Source: Pristiophorus japonicus (lineage: Eukaryota). Taken from it: a DNA stretch of 64,000 nucleotides. The position numbers and the translations under genes were made by a program. Below the pieces are notes generated by a model, which saw nothing but the letters and a program-made list of their open reading frames with translations, searched no databases and was not told the origin of the DNA. This document shows, one piece after another, positions 1 through 11,960 of the stretch. Where the stretch lies: the NCBI RefSeq assembly GCF_044704955.1, contig NC_091982.1, positions 218,984,001 through 219,048,000 of the forward strand. The letters are read 5' to 3'. Within the stretch, counting starts at the first letter, position 1. Each line of letters starts with the position of its first letter.

Positions 1-485
1 CAGGGAAGGTTTTGGCCGGACCAGCGGCCTGGCACCCAAGTGGGGGTGCCAGGCTGCCTGTTGGCGCCCCGGCTGAACCTGCGGGCATAATTGTCGCCAT
101 GACTTGGCAGTCGGACGACAAAAAAAAAATAACATGGAGTCGCCGGCAGCACCACCTCCCCTTTAAGGACAGCCGTACCGCCCAGCCACAGAAAGCTTTT
201 GCTGTCGGTAATCTGTCAGTAGCACTGGCTGCTGGCTGACGGCAGTGCCGCTCCCACTGGGCAATTTCCCATGGGTCAATTTCTGAAAGGGGTCGCCGCT
301 GGTCGGTAAGGGGTTGGTGTGTGCACGATGCAGCGGGAAAAAAGAGAGCGGTCCCTTACACCGCTCCAAAAGTAAAGGAGGGCACTATCAAAAATGGCAG
401 CCCCTCAGCAGCCAGTCTGCACTGACCCGTGGCTGCCCCTTTCAGGTGGCTATGGGCCTTATAGAAAGGGACAATTTCAGTCCCC
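1..485. mobile_element. Partial GC-rich non-autonomous DNA transposon (Harbinger/MITE-like), right end
   Basis: CpG-rich non-coding block ending in CAATTTCAGTCCCC, resembling the AATTT..GCCC termini of other MITE-like blocks here. The left end lies outside the window. Confidence 0.4.
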
Positions 486-1239
486 TAATGTTTGCAACCA
501 GTTATGTGTTGGCCAGAAATCTATGGAATTTGCCCAGGGATACAGCTGGCTAAAGCCATTTTTAACTTGCTTTTATCAAAACAACTTAGCACTACATAAG
601 ATATAATACTGAAATCTCTCCATTTTGTCACAGCCTCCATGTTAAGGTAATCTATGTGTGACTGTTATTTGAAGGGGCAAGAAAAATGATTCTCAGGAGA
701 TAATGGTACTTTCTGCAGACATGGCTCTGTCATCTTTGTGATAACCATGGAGAGAAGAGCACAGGTACTATGAAGTTCATGCTACAACCTGGTTCATAAT
801 AGAACATACTGGTGAGCACCTTGACTGATCAGGAGGCACCCTCCACACCACCCCTTCCCTCCACCCCAAGGGTTTCAAGAATAATGGCATCTGCTTGCTT
901 ATATAATTCTGCAAAGTGGACTCAGCATAGAGGAAGAAAAACAGAATGCCCAAATCATGATAGAGCACGAGGTTAAGTCAGAATAAGGAATTACTTCCAG
1001 AACCACCAGTGCAACAAGGAAGATTAATTCGCCAAGCACTAATCCAAGATGCCTTCCAATAAGTGCCAGAACTGCCCTAACTAATAAACTTGCTATCTAT
1101 ATATGCAAAATAGGCTTCACCAAACCATATTTTCATATATTTTCCTGCACAATTCCTCAAATGCTTTCTATTCCCATCTTCTGCAGTGCTCCTGCTTTAT
1201 TCGAATGACACATAAATAGGCAGCATTTTTTGCCAGTAT

Positions 1240-1690
1240 GATTTACCGAAGAGTTTCGCCAGGATGTGTTAGCACAAATCCTCCATATGATATGCACTCC
1301 CATGGCTCTGTTTTTTGGTTATGGCCAGTCCTGCTTTGGTCCAGAGTCCGGCCCAACACCCGGCCAGATTCACGACCTGGCTGGCGGGTGGGAGCAGGAA
1401 TTTGGTAGCAGGAGGCCACAACCAGGGACCCGTGGGTGTGGTCCCCAGCAGTCAGTGGCAGGAGAGATTTAGAGCTGATAGGGGATCGGGTCCAAGGCGA
1501 TTGGGGTGGGGGAAGGATTCCAGGGTGATGGGGGGAGGCCGGGGCTGGAGGTTCCATCGGAATCGTGGGGGAGGCCGGGGCTGGAAATTCCATTGAGATT
1601 GGGGGGAGGTCAGGGCTGGAAGGTCAAGGACTCCTTGCAAAACCTGGGAGGAGCACCCTTGCTCCCCCTGAGTGACAAGAACTTCTAGCA
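1240..1690. mobile_element. GC-rich MITE-like fragment with ~3 x 36-bp internal repeats
   Basis: GGGGGAGGCCGGGGCTGGA-type units recur at about 1530, 1567 and 1602. No credible ORF. Confidence 0.35.
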
Positions 1691-2215
1691 AGAAATTATT
1701 TTTGACTCATCATTCCCTGTTATCCATATCCTTTGAAACCTTAATAGAAATCTGTTGCTCATTATGGGGAGCGAATTCCAGATTTCCACTACCCTTTGTG
1801 TAAAATAGTGCTTCCTGATTTCATTCCTGTATGGCCGAGCTCTAGTTTTAATATTGTGCCCTCTTGTTCTGGATTCCCCCTCCAGAGGAAATAGCTTCTC
1901 TGTATCTACTCTATTGAATCCTTTTATCATTTATAACACCTCAATTAGATCAGCACTCAATCTTCTAAACCAAAGGGAATACAAGCCAAGTTTATGCAAT
2001 CTGTTCTCATAATTTAACCCTTTAAGCCCTGGTATTATTCTGGTGAATCTGTGTTGTACATACATCAACATGTTCTTTGAGGTTTGGTGCCCAAAAATGA
2101 ACACAGTACTCAAGATAGAATCTGACCAAGGTTCTGGAGAACTGAAGGAAAACGTCCTCCCCTTTGTATTCCAGCATCCTTCAGATAAAGGCTAACATTC
2201 CATTAGCTGTTTTAA

Positions 2216-3939
2216 TTGGTTCGGTATTCACTAAGGAGGACACAAACAACCTTCCGGATATAAAAAGGGTCAGAGGGCCTAGTAAGAAGGAGGAACTGAG
2301 GGAAATCCTTATTAGTCGGGAAATTGTGTTGGGGAAATTGATGGAATTGAAGGCCGATAAATCCCCAGGGCCTGATGGACTGCATCCCAGAAAACTTAAG
2401 GAGGTGGCCTTGGAAATAGCAGATGCATTGACAGTCATTTTCCAACATTCCATAGACTCTGGATCAGTTCCAATGGAGTGGAGGGTAGCCAATGTAACCC
2501 CACTTTTTAAAAAAGGAGGGAGAGAGAAAACAGGGAATTATAGACCGGTCAGCCTGACTTCAGTAGTGGGTAAAATGATGGAATCAATTATTAAGGATGT
2601 CATAGCAGCGTATTTGGAAAGAGGTGACATGATAGGTCCAAATCAGTATGGATTTGTGAAAGGGAAATCATGCTTGACAAATCTTCTGGAATTTTTTGAG
2701 GATGTTTCCAGTAGAGTGGACAAGGGAGAACCAATTGATGTGGTGTATTTGGACTTTCAGAAGGCTTTCGACAAGGTCCCACACAAGAGATTAATGTGCA
2801 AAGTTAAAGCACATGGGATTGGGGGTAGTGTGCTGACGTGGATTGAGAACTGGTTGTCAGACAGGAAGCAAAGAGTAGGATTAAATGGGTACTTTTCAGA
2901 ATGTCAGGCAGTGACTAGTGGGGTACCGCAAGGTTCTGTGCTGGGGCCCAGCTGTTTACATTGTACATTAATGATTTAGATGAGGGGATTAAATGTAGTA
3001 TCTCCAAATTTGCAGATGACACTAAGTTGGGTGGCAGTGTAAGCTGCGAGGAGGATGCTATGAGGCTGCAGAGTGACTTGGATAGGTTAGGTGAGTGGGC
3101 AAATGCATGGCAAATGAAGTATAATGTGGATAAATGTGAGGTTATCCACTTTGGTGGTAAAAACAGAGAGACAGACTATTATCTGAATGGTGACAGATTA
3201 GGAAAAGGGGAGGTGCAACGAGACCTGGGTGTCATGGTACATCGGTCATTGAAGGTTGGCATGCAGGTAGAGCAGGCGGTTAAGAAAGCAAATGGCATGT
3301 TGGACTTCATTGCGAGGGGATTTGAGTACAGGGGCAGGAGCTGTTACTACAGTTGTACAGGGCCTTGGTGAGGCCACACCTGGAGTATTGTGTACAGTTT
3401 TGGTCTCCTAACTTGAGGAAGGACATTCTTGCTATTGAGGGAGTGCAGCGAAAGTTCACCAGACTGATTCCCGGGATGGCGGGACTGACATATCAAGAAA
3501 GACTGGATCAACTGGGCTTGTATTCACTGGAGTTCAGAAGAATGAGAGGGGATCTCATAGAAACGTTTAAAATTCTGATGGGTTTGGACAGGTTAGATGC
3601 AGGAAGAATGTTCCCAATGTTGGGGAAGTCCAGAACCAGGGGTCACAGTCTAAGGATAAGGGGTAAGCCATTTAGGACTGAGATGAGGAGAAACTTCTTC
3701 ACCCAGAGAGTGGTGAACCTGTGGAATTCGCTACCACAGAAAGTTGTTGAGTCCAATCCACTAAATATATTCAAAAAGGAGTTAGATGTAGTCGTTACTA
3801 CTAGGGGGAATCAAGGGGTATGGCGAGATAGCAGGAATGGGGTACTGAAGTTGCATGTTCAGCCATGAACTCATTGAATGGCGGTGCAGGCTCGAAGGAC
3901 CAAATGGCCTACTCCTGCACCTATTTTCTATGTTTCTAT
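2216..3939 (+). mobile_element. Young 5'-truncated CR1 LINE, frameshifted RT
   Basis: KSPGPDG, NYRPVSLTS, YLDFQKAFDKVPH, GVPQGSVLGP and KFADD motifs, with a (TTTCTATG)n tail. Nearly identical to the copy at 21151-23273. Confidence 0.95.
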
Positions 3940-4423
3940 TACTTCTTGTCCCTGTGCACTAGCTTTCAGTGATTTGTGTACAAGGACATGCAAATCTCTT
4001 TGCTGCTCCACAGTTCCTAGTCTCTTATCATTAATAAAATATTCTGATTTGCCTTTCTTGGATCCAAAGTGAATGACCTAATGCTTCCGCACATTGAACT
4101 CAATCTGCCACAGTTTTGTGCAGTCACTCAATCTATGTCCTTGTCCATTTGTAACCTCTTGCTCCCATCTACAGAACGTACTGTGTCTCCTAACTTCATG
4201 TTATCTGCAAATTTGAATATTAAACTTTCTATTCCTTCATCCAAATAATTGATATATATGGTGAAAAGCTGAGGCCAGTTGTAGATCCCTAGGGAACACC
4301 ACTTGTCAAGTCACACCAATTAGAGTTCATTCCCTTTATCCATAATCTTTGTCTCCGACCTCCCAACCAATTACTGACTCACAACCTTCTCCAATTCCAT
4401 GTGCTCTCATTTTTGCTAATAAT

Positions 4424-5173
4424 GGCTTTGAAATCCCGGCCACCTCGGGTCCGTACTGAATGTGTACAGACCTGGGAAGGCATCGCATAAGCCGTTTTTT
4501 GGCGCACAATGCGCATACGTCATAAAACCAGCTTTTTCGATCTGTCAAATTTCTGGCTTGACAGATCCTCCGCATCCCGGGAGTGAGGACATTCCCACGG
4601 CAGAGATTGGGCTATTTGCCCATCTCTTGCCCAGCGAATGTCCTTAAAACTCTTGTACCTGGTAAAAGAAGGCACATAGCCTACTTTTACCAGAATAAGC
4701 ATTTTAAAACATACAAAAACATAAAAATAAAATATAAAAAACACATTTTAATGTTAAAAACCCTGCCCACTAAGGTAACTTTATTTTAAATCATAATTAA
4801 AACTTTTTTAAAAAACAGGCAATTTTTTTTTCAAAAACATTTATATCAACTTTAATTTCTATAATGTATTTATGTGAAGTGCTTTTTTTTAATGTTTTAT
4901 TTGTGTTTGGATGTGTTTTTCATTCATAGTAATAGGAGTTTTGGATTTACGAAATTACTATTACAATGAATGAGAAAATACTTTACCGTGATTGGGTGTC
5001 CAGGCCCACGTGACTCCTACGGATGTCCCAACGTGAATGCGCTCCATTGCACAAGAAGAGGAGGCCTCAGGACCGGGATCTTTGGTGGGCGCAGCAGAAA
5101 AAGGTAAGCGCGCATCCTTTTAGCCATTTTCTGGCGAGAGCCCGTGGGAAGCAGAGGACCGAGATTTCAGGGT
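4424..5173. mobile_element. Non-autonomous Harbinger-like MITE inserted in CR1
   Basis: Imperfect TIRs GGCTTTGAAATCCCGGCCACCT / AGAGGACCGAGATTTCAGGGT, a likely AAT duplication, and CR1 continuing on both sides. Confidence 0.7.
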
Positions 5174-5999
5174 AATCTCTTGTGCAAATTCCTTCTGGCA
5201 GTCCATACAGACAACATCCATAAACACACCCCTGCCCACCATGTTAATGGCCTCTTCAAAAAATTCAACTAGATGACCCACCCTTCACAAATCCATGCTA
5301 ACTTTCTTTGATCAGCTTCTACTGGTTTGAATGCTCAGTCACTCTGTCCTGATGATAGACTCCAGTAACCACTGAAGTTAAACTGACAGGTCTGTCGTTT
5401 CCTGGTTTCTCCCTCCCTTCTGTCTTAAATAAAGGTAAAAGACTGATTAACATCTTTGAATCATTAGATCTTTTTTGATTGAACAAAGATTCACTGTGAT
5501 GCACGTCTGTACAACCTCAATATCCTCTTCCTCCAGGTTTTTAGTATTTACAATGTAGCACACATTAATTAAGACTCGTGGACACTGTTTGTTCTGTATC
5601 CAACACTGTTGCTAGTGCTTTGGTTTGGACTCAAAAAAATATAATTTGCTAATAAGAAAATATACTAGAAATGATAACCAGAATCTCCTTTTAAGGGATT
5701 CAGATTTTCAAAACACCCACTTTAAAGATGATGGCATCAGCCAGAATAGCTTGCTTCATTTTAAAGGGCTATTGGCATAAGTGGAAACAAGTTATTGTAA
5801 TCTTGAATGGATCATTTGTAAGGCCACATTTGTGCAGCTTTGAGCATCTTTCACATGTACACTGATGTCACCCAGCTTTAGCTTTCTATCACCTCTTTCA
5901 AGCTTTCACTATCTATATGCTATCTGATTGTTTGTCCTGGATGTGCTGTAGCTTTCTTCAGCTAAACATTGAGAAGATCAAAGCCATTTATTTAGTCAC

Positions 6000-7830
6000 T
6001 GAGAGTAGCACTCTTGCCTCCTGAGTCAGAAAGTTGTGGGTTCAATCTCACTCCTCTTGAGCACAAAAATCTAGGCTGACCCTCCAGTGCAGCACTGAGG
6101 GAGTGCTGCACTGTTGGAGGTGCTGTCTTTTGGATGAGATGTTAAACCAAGGCCCCATCTGCTCTCTCAGGTAAAAGATCACATGGCACGATTTCAGAGA
6201 GCAAGGGAGTTATCCCAATATTTATCCATCAATCAACATTACTAAAACAGATTATCTGGTCATTATCGCATTGGTGTTTGTGGGTTCAATCTCACATGAC
6301 ATGATTTTTGCAGCGCGACAGCTACAGGAAAAATGCAAGGAACAGCGCCAGCCCTTATACATGGCCTTCTTCGACCTTACAAAGGCCTTTGAAACTGTCA
6401 ACCGCGAGGGTTTATGGAGCATCCTCCTCCGTTTCGGATGCCCCCAAAAGTTCGTCACCATCCTCTGCCTGCTCCATGACAACATGCAGGCCGTGATCCT
6501 TACCAATGGATCCATCACAGATCCAATCCACGTCCGGACTGGGGTCAAACAGGGCTGCATCATCGCCCTAACCCTCTTCTCAATCTTTCTCGTCACCATG
6601 CTCCACCTCACAGTCAACAAGCTCCCCGCTGGAGTGGAACTAAACTACAGAACCAGTGGGAACCTGTTCAACCTGCGCCGTCTCCAGGCCAGATCCAAGA
6701 CCACCCCAACCTCTGTCGCCGAGCTACAGTATGCGGATGACGCCTGCGTCTGCGCACATACAGAGGCTGCACTCCAGGACATAGCTAAACATCCATAAGA
6801 CAAAGGTCCTCCACCAGCCTGTCCTCACCGCATAGCACTGCCCCCCAATCATCAAGATCCACGGCGCGGCCCTGGACACCGTGGACCACTTCCTATATCT
6901 CGGGAGCCTCCTTTCAACAAGAGCTGGCATCGACGACGAAGTCCAACACTGCCTCCAGTGCGCCAGTGCAGCCTTCGGTCGCCTGAGGAAAAGAGTGTTT
7001 GAAGACCTGGCCCTCAAAACTGCCACCAAGCTCATGGTCTACAGGGCTGTAGTAATACCTGCCCTCCTGTATGGCTCAGAGACATGGACCATGTACAGTA
7101 GACACCTCAAGCTGCTGGAGAAATATCACCAACGATGTTTCCGCAAGATCCTACAAATCTCCTAGGAGGACAGGCGCACCAACATCAGCGTCCTCATTCA
7201 AGCTAACATCTCCAGCATTGAAGCACTGACCACACTCAATCAGCTCCACTGGACAGGCCACATAGTCCGTATGCCAGACACGAAACTCAAAAGCAAGTGC
7301 TCAACTCGGAGCTTCTTCATGGCAAACGAGCCAAAGGTGGGCAGCGGAAACGCTACAAGGACACCCTCAAAGCCTCCCTGATAAAGTGCGACATCCCCAC
7401 TGACACCTGGGAATCCCTGGTCCAAGACCGCCCTAAGTGGGGGAAGTGCATCCGAGAGGGCGCTGAGCACCTCGCGTCGCAACGCCGAGAGCATGCAGAA
7501 ATCAAGCGCAGACAGCGGAAAGAGCGTACGGCAAACCAGTCCCACCCACCCCTTCCCTCAATGACTATCTGTCCCACCTGTGACAGAGTCTGTGGCTCTC
7601 GTATTGGACTGTTCGGCCACCAAAGAACTCACCAGGAGTGGAAGCAAGTCTTCCTCGATTCCGAGGGACTGCCTATGATGATGATGAGGTGTTTGTGGGA
7701 ACTGGCTGCCGTGTTTCTTGCATTACAACAGTGACTACTGTTCAAAGGTACTTCATTGGGTGTAAGGCACTTTGGGATATCCTTCAGATTATGAAAGGCA
7801 CTCTTATAAATACAAATCTTTCCTTCTTTC
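6000..7830 (+). mobile_element. tRNA-derived Deu-type SINE (SacSINE1-like) split by an RTE insertion
   Basis: B-box-like GGGTTCAATCTC, body GCACTGAGGGAGTGCTGCACTGTTGGAGGTGC, and an L2-like tail. Homologous to 45240-45630 and 32855-33040. The family name comes from recall. Confidence 0.72.
6285..7687 (+). mobile_element. 5'-truncated RTE-clade LINE
   Basis: DMIFAARQLQEKCKEQ, FFDLTKAFETVNREGLW, GVKQGC, LQYADD and LLYGSETW motifs, a C-terminal CxxC/H finger, an (ATG)n tail, and a 12-bp TSD GGTGTTTGTGGG (6273-6284 and 7688-7699). Confidence 0.93.
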
Positions 7831-7849
7831 ATTGTCTTTGGCTCTCATC

Positions 7850-8810
7850 ACAAATTCCCCTGACGACTAGTCTGCCCCCCTCCCTTGAAACTGTCTTGGG
7901 CTGAAATAGACTATTTCCAACCTTGAGGTCCGATTCAACCCCAAGTTAAGCTTTATAGCTTATATCCTCTCCATCACAAAGTCTGCCCACATCCACCTGT
8001 ACCTCAGCCTGTCTGGCACTGAAACTTTAATTTTTGCATTTGGCACCTCCAGATTACACTACTCCAATGCTCTGCTAGTTGGCCTCCCATCCTCCACCTT
8101 CCATATTCATTCAAAATTCTGCAGCTCCTACCCTTTCCCACAACAAATTCAACTGCCCACCACACCTATCATTGTTGACCTATATTAGCTCCTGGTTCCA
8201 TAAAGCCTCAAAGTTAAAAATCTCCTTTTTGTTTAAATCCCTCCACAGCCCTGAATCTCCCTATGTCTGTAAGTTCCTCCAGCCCAACAATCATTCCCAT
8301 AGTGTCCACTTCACTTACTCTGGCCTTTTTGCACCCCTACACCCCACCTGGCTATGTCTTTAGTCATGTAGGTCCCACTCTCTGGAATTACCTCCACTGG
8401 GGAAGTCCAGAACCAGGGGACACAGTCTAAGGATAAGGGGGAAGCCATTTAGGACTGAGATGAGGAGGAATTTCTTCACCCAGAGAGTGGTGAACCTGTG
8501 GAATTCTCTACCATAGAAAGTTGTTGAGGCCAATTCACTAAATATATTCAAAAAGGAGTTAGATGAAGTCCTTACTACTAGGGGAATCAAGGGGTATGGT
8601 GAGAAAGCAGGAATGGGGTACTGAAGTTGCATGTTCAGCCATGAACTCATTGAATGGCGGTGCAGGCTAGAAGGGCCGAATGGCCTACTCCTGCACCTAT
8701 TTTCTATGTTTCTATGTTTCTATAAAATCCCTCTACCTCTCCACATCCCTCTTCTCCTAAGACCTTTCTTAAAGCCCACCTCTTTGACCAAGCTTTTGGT
8801 CAGCCATCCA
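7850..8810 (+). mobile_element. Degenerate L2 LINE 3' region, interrupted by a CR1 3' end
   Basis: Decayed ETLIFAF..SRLHYSNALLVGLP..IQNSAA reading and an L2 3' end CTCTTTGACCAAGCTTTTGGTCA. Confidence 0.72.
8398..8722 (+). mobile_element. Short young CR1 3' end
   Basis: Near-identical to the 3' ends at 3620-3939 and 22955-23273, with a TTTCTATG tail. Confidence 0.92.
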
Positions 8811-10097
8811 AGGATCATATATTTATATACACCATCTATGGATCATAGAATCATAGAAATTTACAACATGGAAGGTAGTCATTTTGGCCTATCATATCCG
8901 CACCGGCCAACAAAGAGCTATCTAGCCTAATCCTACTTTCCAGCTCTTGGTCCGTCGCCTTATAGGTTATGGCACTTCAAGTGCACATCCAAGTACCCTT
9001 CAAATGTGGTGAGGGTTTCTGCCTCCACCACCCTTTCAGACAGTGAGTTCCAGACCCCCATCGCGCTCTGGATGAAGAAATTTCCCTTCAAGTCTCCCCT
9101 AAACCTCCTACCAATTACTATGTCCCCTGGTTGTTGACCCCTCTGCTAAGGGAAATCCGTCCATCCTATCCACTCTATCTTGGCCCCTCATAATTTTATA
9201 GACCTCAATAAGGTCTCCCCTCAGCCTCCTCTGTTCCAAAGAAAACAAACACAGCCTATCCAATCTTTCCTCATAGCTAAAATTCTCCAGTCCAGGCAAC
9301 ATCCTCATAAATCTCCTCTGTACTCTCTCTGGTGCAATCACATCTTTCCTGTAATGTGGTGACCAGAATTGCTGCAGTAATCTAGCTGTAGCCTAACTAG
9401 TGTTTTATACAGTTCAAGCATAACCCCTCTGCTCTTGTATTCTATGCCTCGGCTAATATAGGCAAGTATTCCGTATGCCTTCTTAACCACCTTAACTCCC
9501 TGTCCTGCTACCTTCATGGATCTGTGGACATGCACTCCAAGGTCTCTCTGTTCCTCTACACTTCTCAGTATCCTACCATTTAATGTGCATTCCCTTTCCT
9601 TGTTAGCCCTCCCCAAATGCATTATCTCACACTTCTCCGGATTGAATTCCATTTGCGACTGATCTGCCCACCTGACCAGTTCATTGATATCTTCCTGCAG
9701 TCTGCAGCTCTCTTCTTCATTATCAGCCACACAGCCAATTTTAGTATTATCTGCAAACTTCTTAATCATACCCCTTACATTCAAGTCTAAATCATTGATA
9801 TATATCACATAAAGCAAGGGACCTAGTACTGTGCCCTGCGGAACCCCACTGGAAATGACCTTCTAGTCACAAAAACACCCATCAACCATTACCCTTTGCT
9901 TCCTGCCGCTGAGCCAATTTTGGACCCAACTTGCCACTTTGCCCTGAAACCCATGGGCTTTTACTTTCGTGACCAGCTTGCCATGTGGGACCTTATCAAA
10001 AGCCTTGCTAAAATCCATATACTACTTCAAATGTACTACCCTCATTGACCCTCCTTGTTACCTCCTCAAAAAAATTCAATTAAATTAGTTAGACACG

Positions 10098-10718
10098 TGG
10101 GGGCAGAACTTGATGGACTCACCGCCCGCTGCCGACGAGTTTTCTGGGCGGTCTCCCCTCCGAGCGAATTTGGTGGAGGCCTCCCGCTGGCGAGGAGGGG
10201 AGACCGCTGGGAACCGCCTGCTGACGTCCGCTGGCGCGTAAGTGTTCTCCCGCCCGCGGAGCTGCCAGTTTGGTCTGAGTGGGAGTCCGCTGAAGGAGGG
10301 GAAAGGACCGCCACATGGAGGCAGGTCGAACCTGAATGGTAAGTATGAAGACCTGCAAAAAAAGTTAGTAAACTTCTTTTCTTTACTTTTTTTCCAGCGA
10401 TTCAGGTGGATGGGGTCCCCTGAAAGTTTTGCAGTGTTTTTAAAAACATTTTGGAGACTAGTTTATTTTTATCAGTTGCCCCCCCCCCCTCCCTGGGCCC
10501 AACTCAGTCCTTGGTGGTACTTTGCTGAAGATTGCATTTGCTGCCGAGATTGGGATCTCCTGCCCGCTGCTGCCCAGATTCAGGGCATAAGTCTTTTTTT
10601 TGCCGCCTGGCGGTCTTTCCAGGACTTTTTCATGAAAGTTCTGCCCAAGTACCATCAGGATCTCAGCCTCCTTTGCGCAGTTCTTGGGCGGAACTTAGCT
10701 TCCAACAAGTTCAGGGCC
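10098..10718. mobile_element. Harbinger-like MITE
   Basis: Imperfect TIRs GGGGCAGAACTTG / CAAGTTCAGGGCC, CpG-rich, inside a CR1. Confidence 0.62.
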
Positions 10719-10724
10719 GTAATT

Positions 10725-11085
10725 TTTTTTTCTCTCTTTCCCATGGCAGCTGGTAATTATTCCACCACTCACATCCTCTCTAGACTAATCTTTTTCTAAC
10801 TTCTGCCATTACCAGATGAACTCGGCCCATCATCCCTTTAGTCTCGATAATCTCTCCTGCCTTCCATCCAATCACAGACCTTCCTTTTTGTTTTTTCCTC
10901 CTCTCCCCTTTCAGTGCTCCTTAAGAATCTGTTCATTTCAAACATTCACCAGTTCTGACAAAGGGTCATCGACCTGAAACATTAACTCTGTTTCTCTCTC
11001 CACAGATGCTGCCTGACCCGCTGAGATTTGCAGCATTTTTTTAAATTTCAGATTCCAGCATCCACATTATTTTGCTTTTGTATTG
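10725..11085 (+). mobile_element. Penelope-like element terminal repeat (pLTR)
   Basis: Homologous to 33040-33300, which follows a GIY-YIG ORF, and to 62570-62985 in reverse. Shares CTCTCCACAGATGCTGCCTGACC. Confidence 0.72.
10951..10987 (+). ncRNA. Degenerate minimal hammerhead ribozyme core in pLTR
   Basis: AGTT-CTGACAA-AGGGTCATCGACCT-GAAAC-ATT-AACT. Stems I and II are present, but CUGANGA is mutated. Confidence 0.55.
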
Positions 11086-11689
11086 TTGTAGTCAGACATG
11101 ACCTTTCCTTAACAAATCCATACTGACTGTCCTTGATTAATCCGTGTCTTTCTAAATGACGATTTATGCTGTCCCTCAGAATTTTTTCCAGTAATTTTCC
11201 CACTACCAAGGTTAGGCTAACTGGTTTGTAACGATCCTAAGATTTAAAGCTTTAAGATATATGACAGTTGATCCCAGAACTGAACTTTGTGCAAAATCTA
11301 TGGAAGCAATGATCTTGATTGGTACATTGGGCTTTATTCGTTCTTTGATTTCGAATGTCATTATCTTTCATGCATCATAACTGATAGATAGATACCTACA
11401 ATTCTTCTCACAGTGAATTCTCAATCTCAGCCATGTGTCATTTACAATCTTCCAGGTTATCAGTCATCAAACAGAACTATTCATTCTGGATAAAAAGTGG
11501 CATATTTAGTTTGATGCATGTCATTCTTGAGAATAAATCAGTTCTATACATTTACATTGTCTGTATTCTGTGTCTTTTTGGCTCATATTTTTTCTTATCA
11601 ATTGGACTGTCAATTTTCTTTACTTCCCTACTGTCCTGAAAAATGCATCCTGGACACCCTCCAGCAATTCACCAAGTGCCTCTTCAAGG

Positions 11690-11960
11690 ATAAGACTTGA
11701 TAGTGAATATCACCATGCCGTTTCACTATGGGGGAGGGACATCACAGTCTAGCTTAACCCTGCCCTCATCCAATGTCCATACATCTGTATTACATTAAGC
11801 AGCAGTAACTGGATTGTGATCAGGGTGAAAATGTTGTCCAAATTTTCCCTCCCTAACCCAGGGCTCTAAGACCAATTGCAGTACCCCTGCCACGTGCCAT
11901 CTGAGATCTGCTAACTCAGCACAGACTGGGAATCAAAGTTCATACCTTCCTACTCTCATC
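11690..11960 (-). mobile_element. Ancient tRNA-like SINE copy (second family)
   Basis: Reverse complement of the family at 15200-15530 and 59395-59690 (CTGAGATCTGCTAACTCAGCACAGACTGGG). Confidence 0.5.

Larger units (their letters stand above)
1750..5460 (-). mobile_element. Old CR1 LINE (RT region to 3' end), interrupted by a younger CR1 and a MITE
   Basis: Minus-strand fragments LFKTEGREKPGNDRPVSLTSVV, VQHRFTRIIPGLKGLNYENRL and TRGHNIK...HYFTQRVVEIWNSLP. The sequence resumes colinearly across both insertions. Confidence 0.85.
8843..11230 (-). mobile_element. CR1 LINE (RT to 3' end), interrupted at 10098-11085
   Basis: ORFs 9338-9817 (YINDLD, KFADN) and 9108-9341. The tail reads ATCATAGAATCATAGAA on the plus strand. 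Same subfamily as 48750-50962. Confidence 0.9.

Noticed and set aside
6000-6060. tRNA gene
   Set aside because: There is only a B-box-like SINE head and no cloverleaf.
10242-10799. 185-aa ORF
   Set aside because: It lies inside a MITE, crosses into a pLTR, and has no domain signal.
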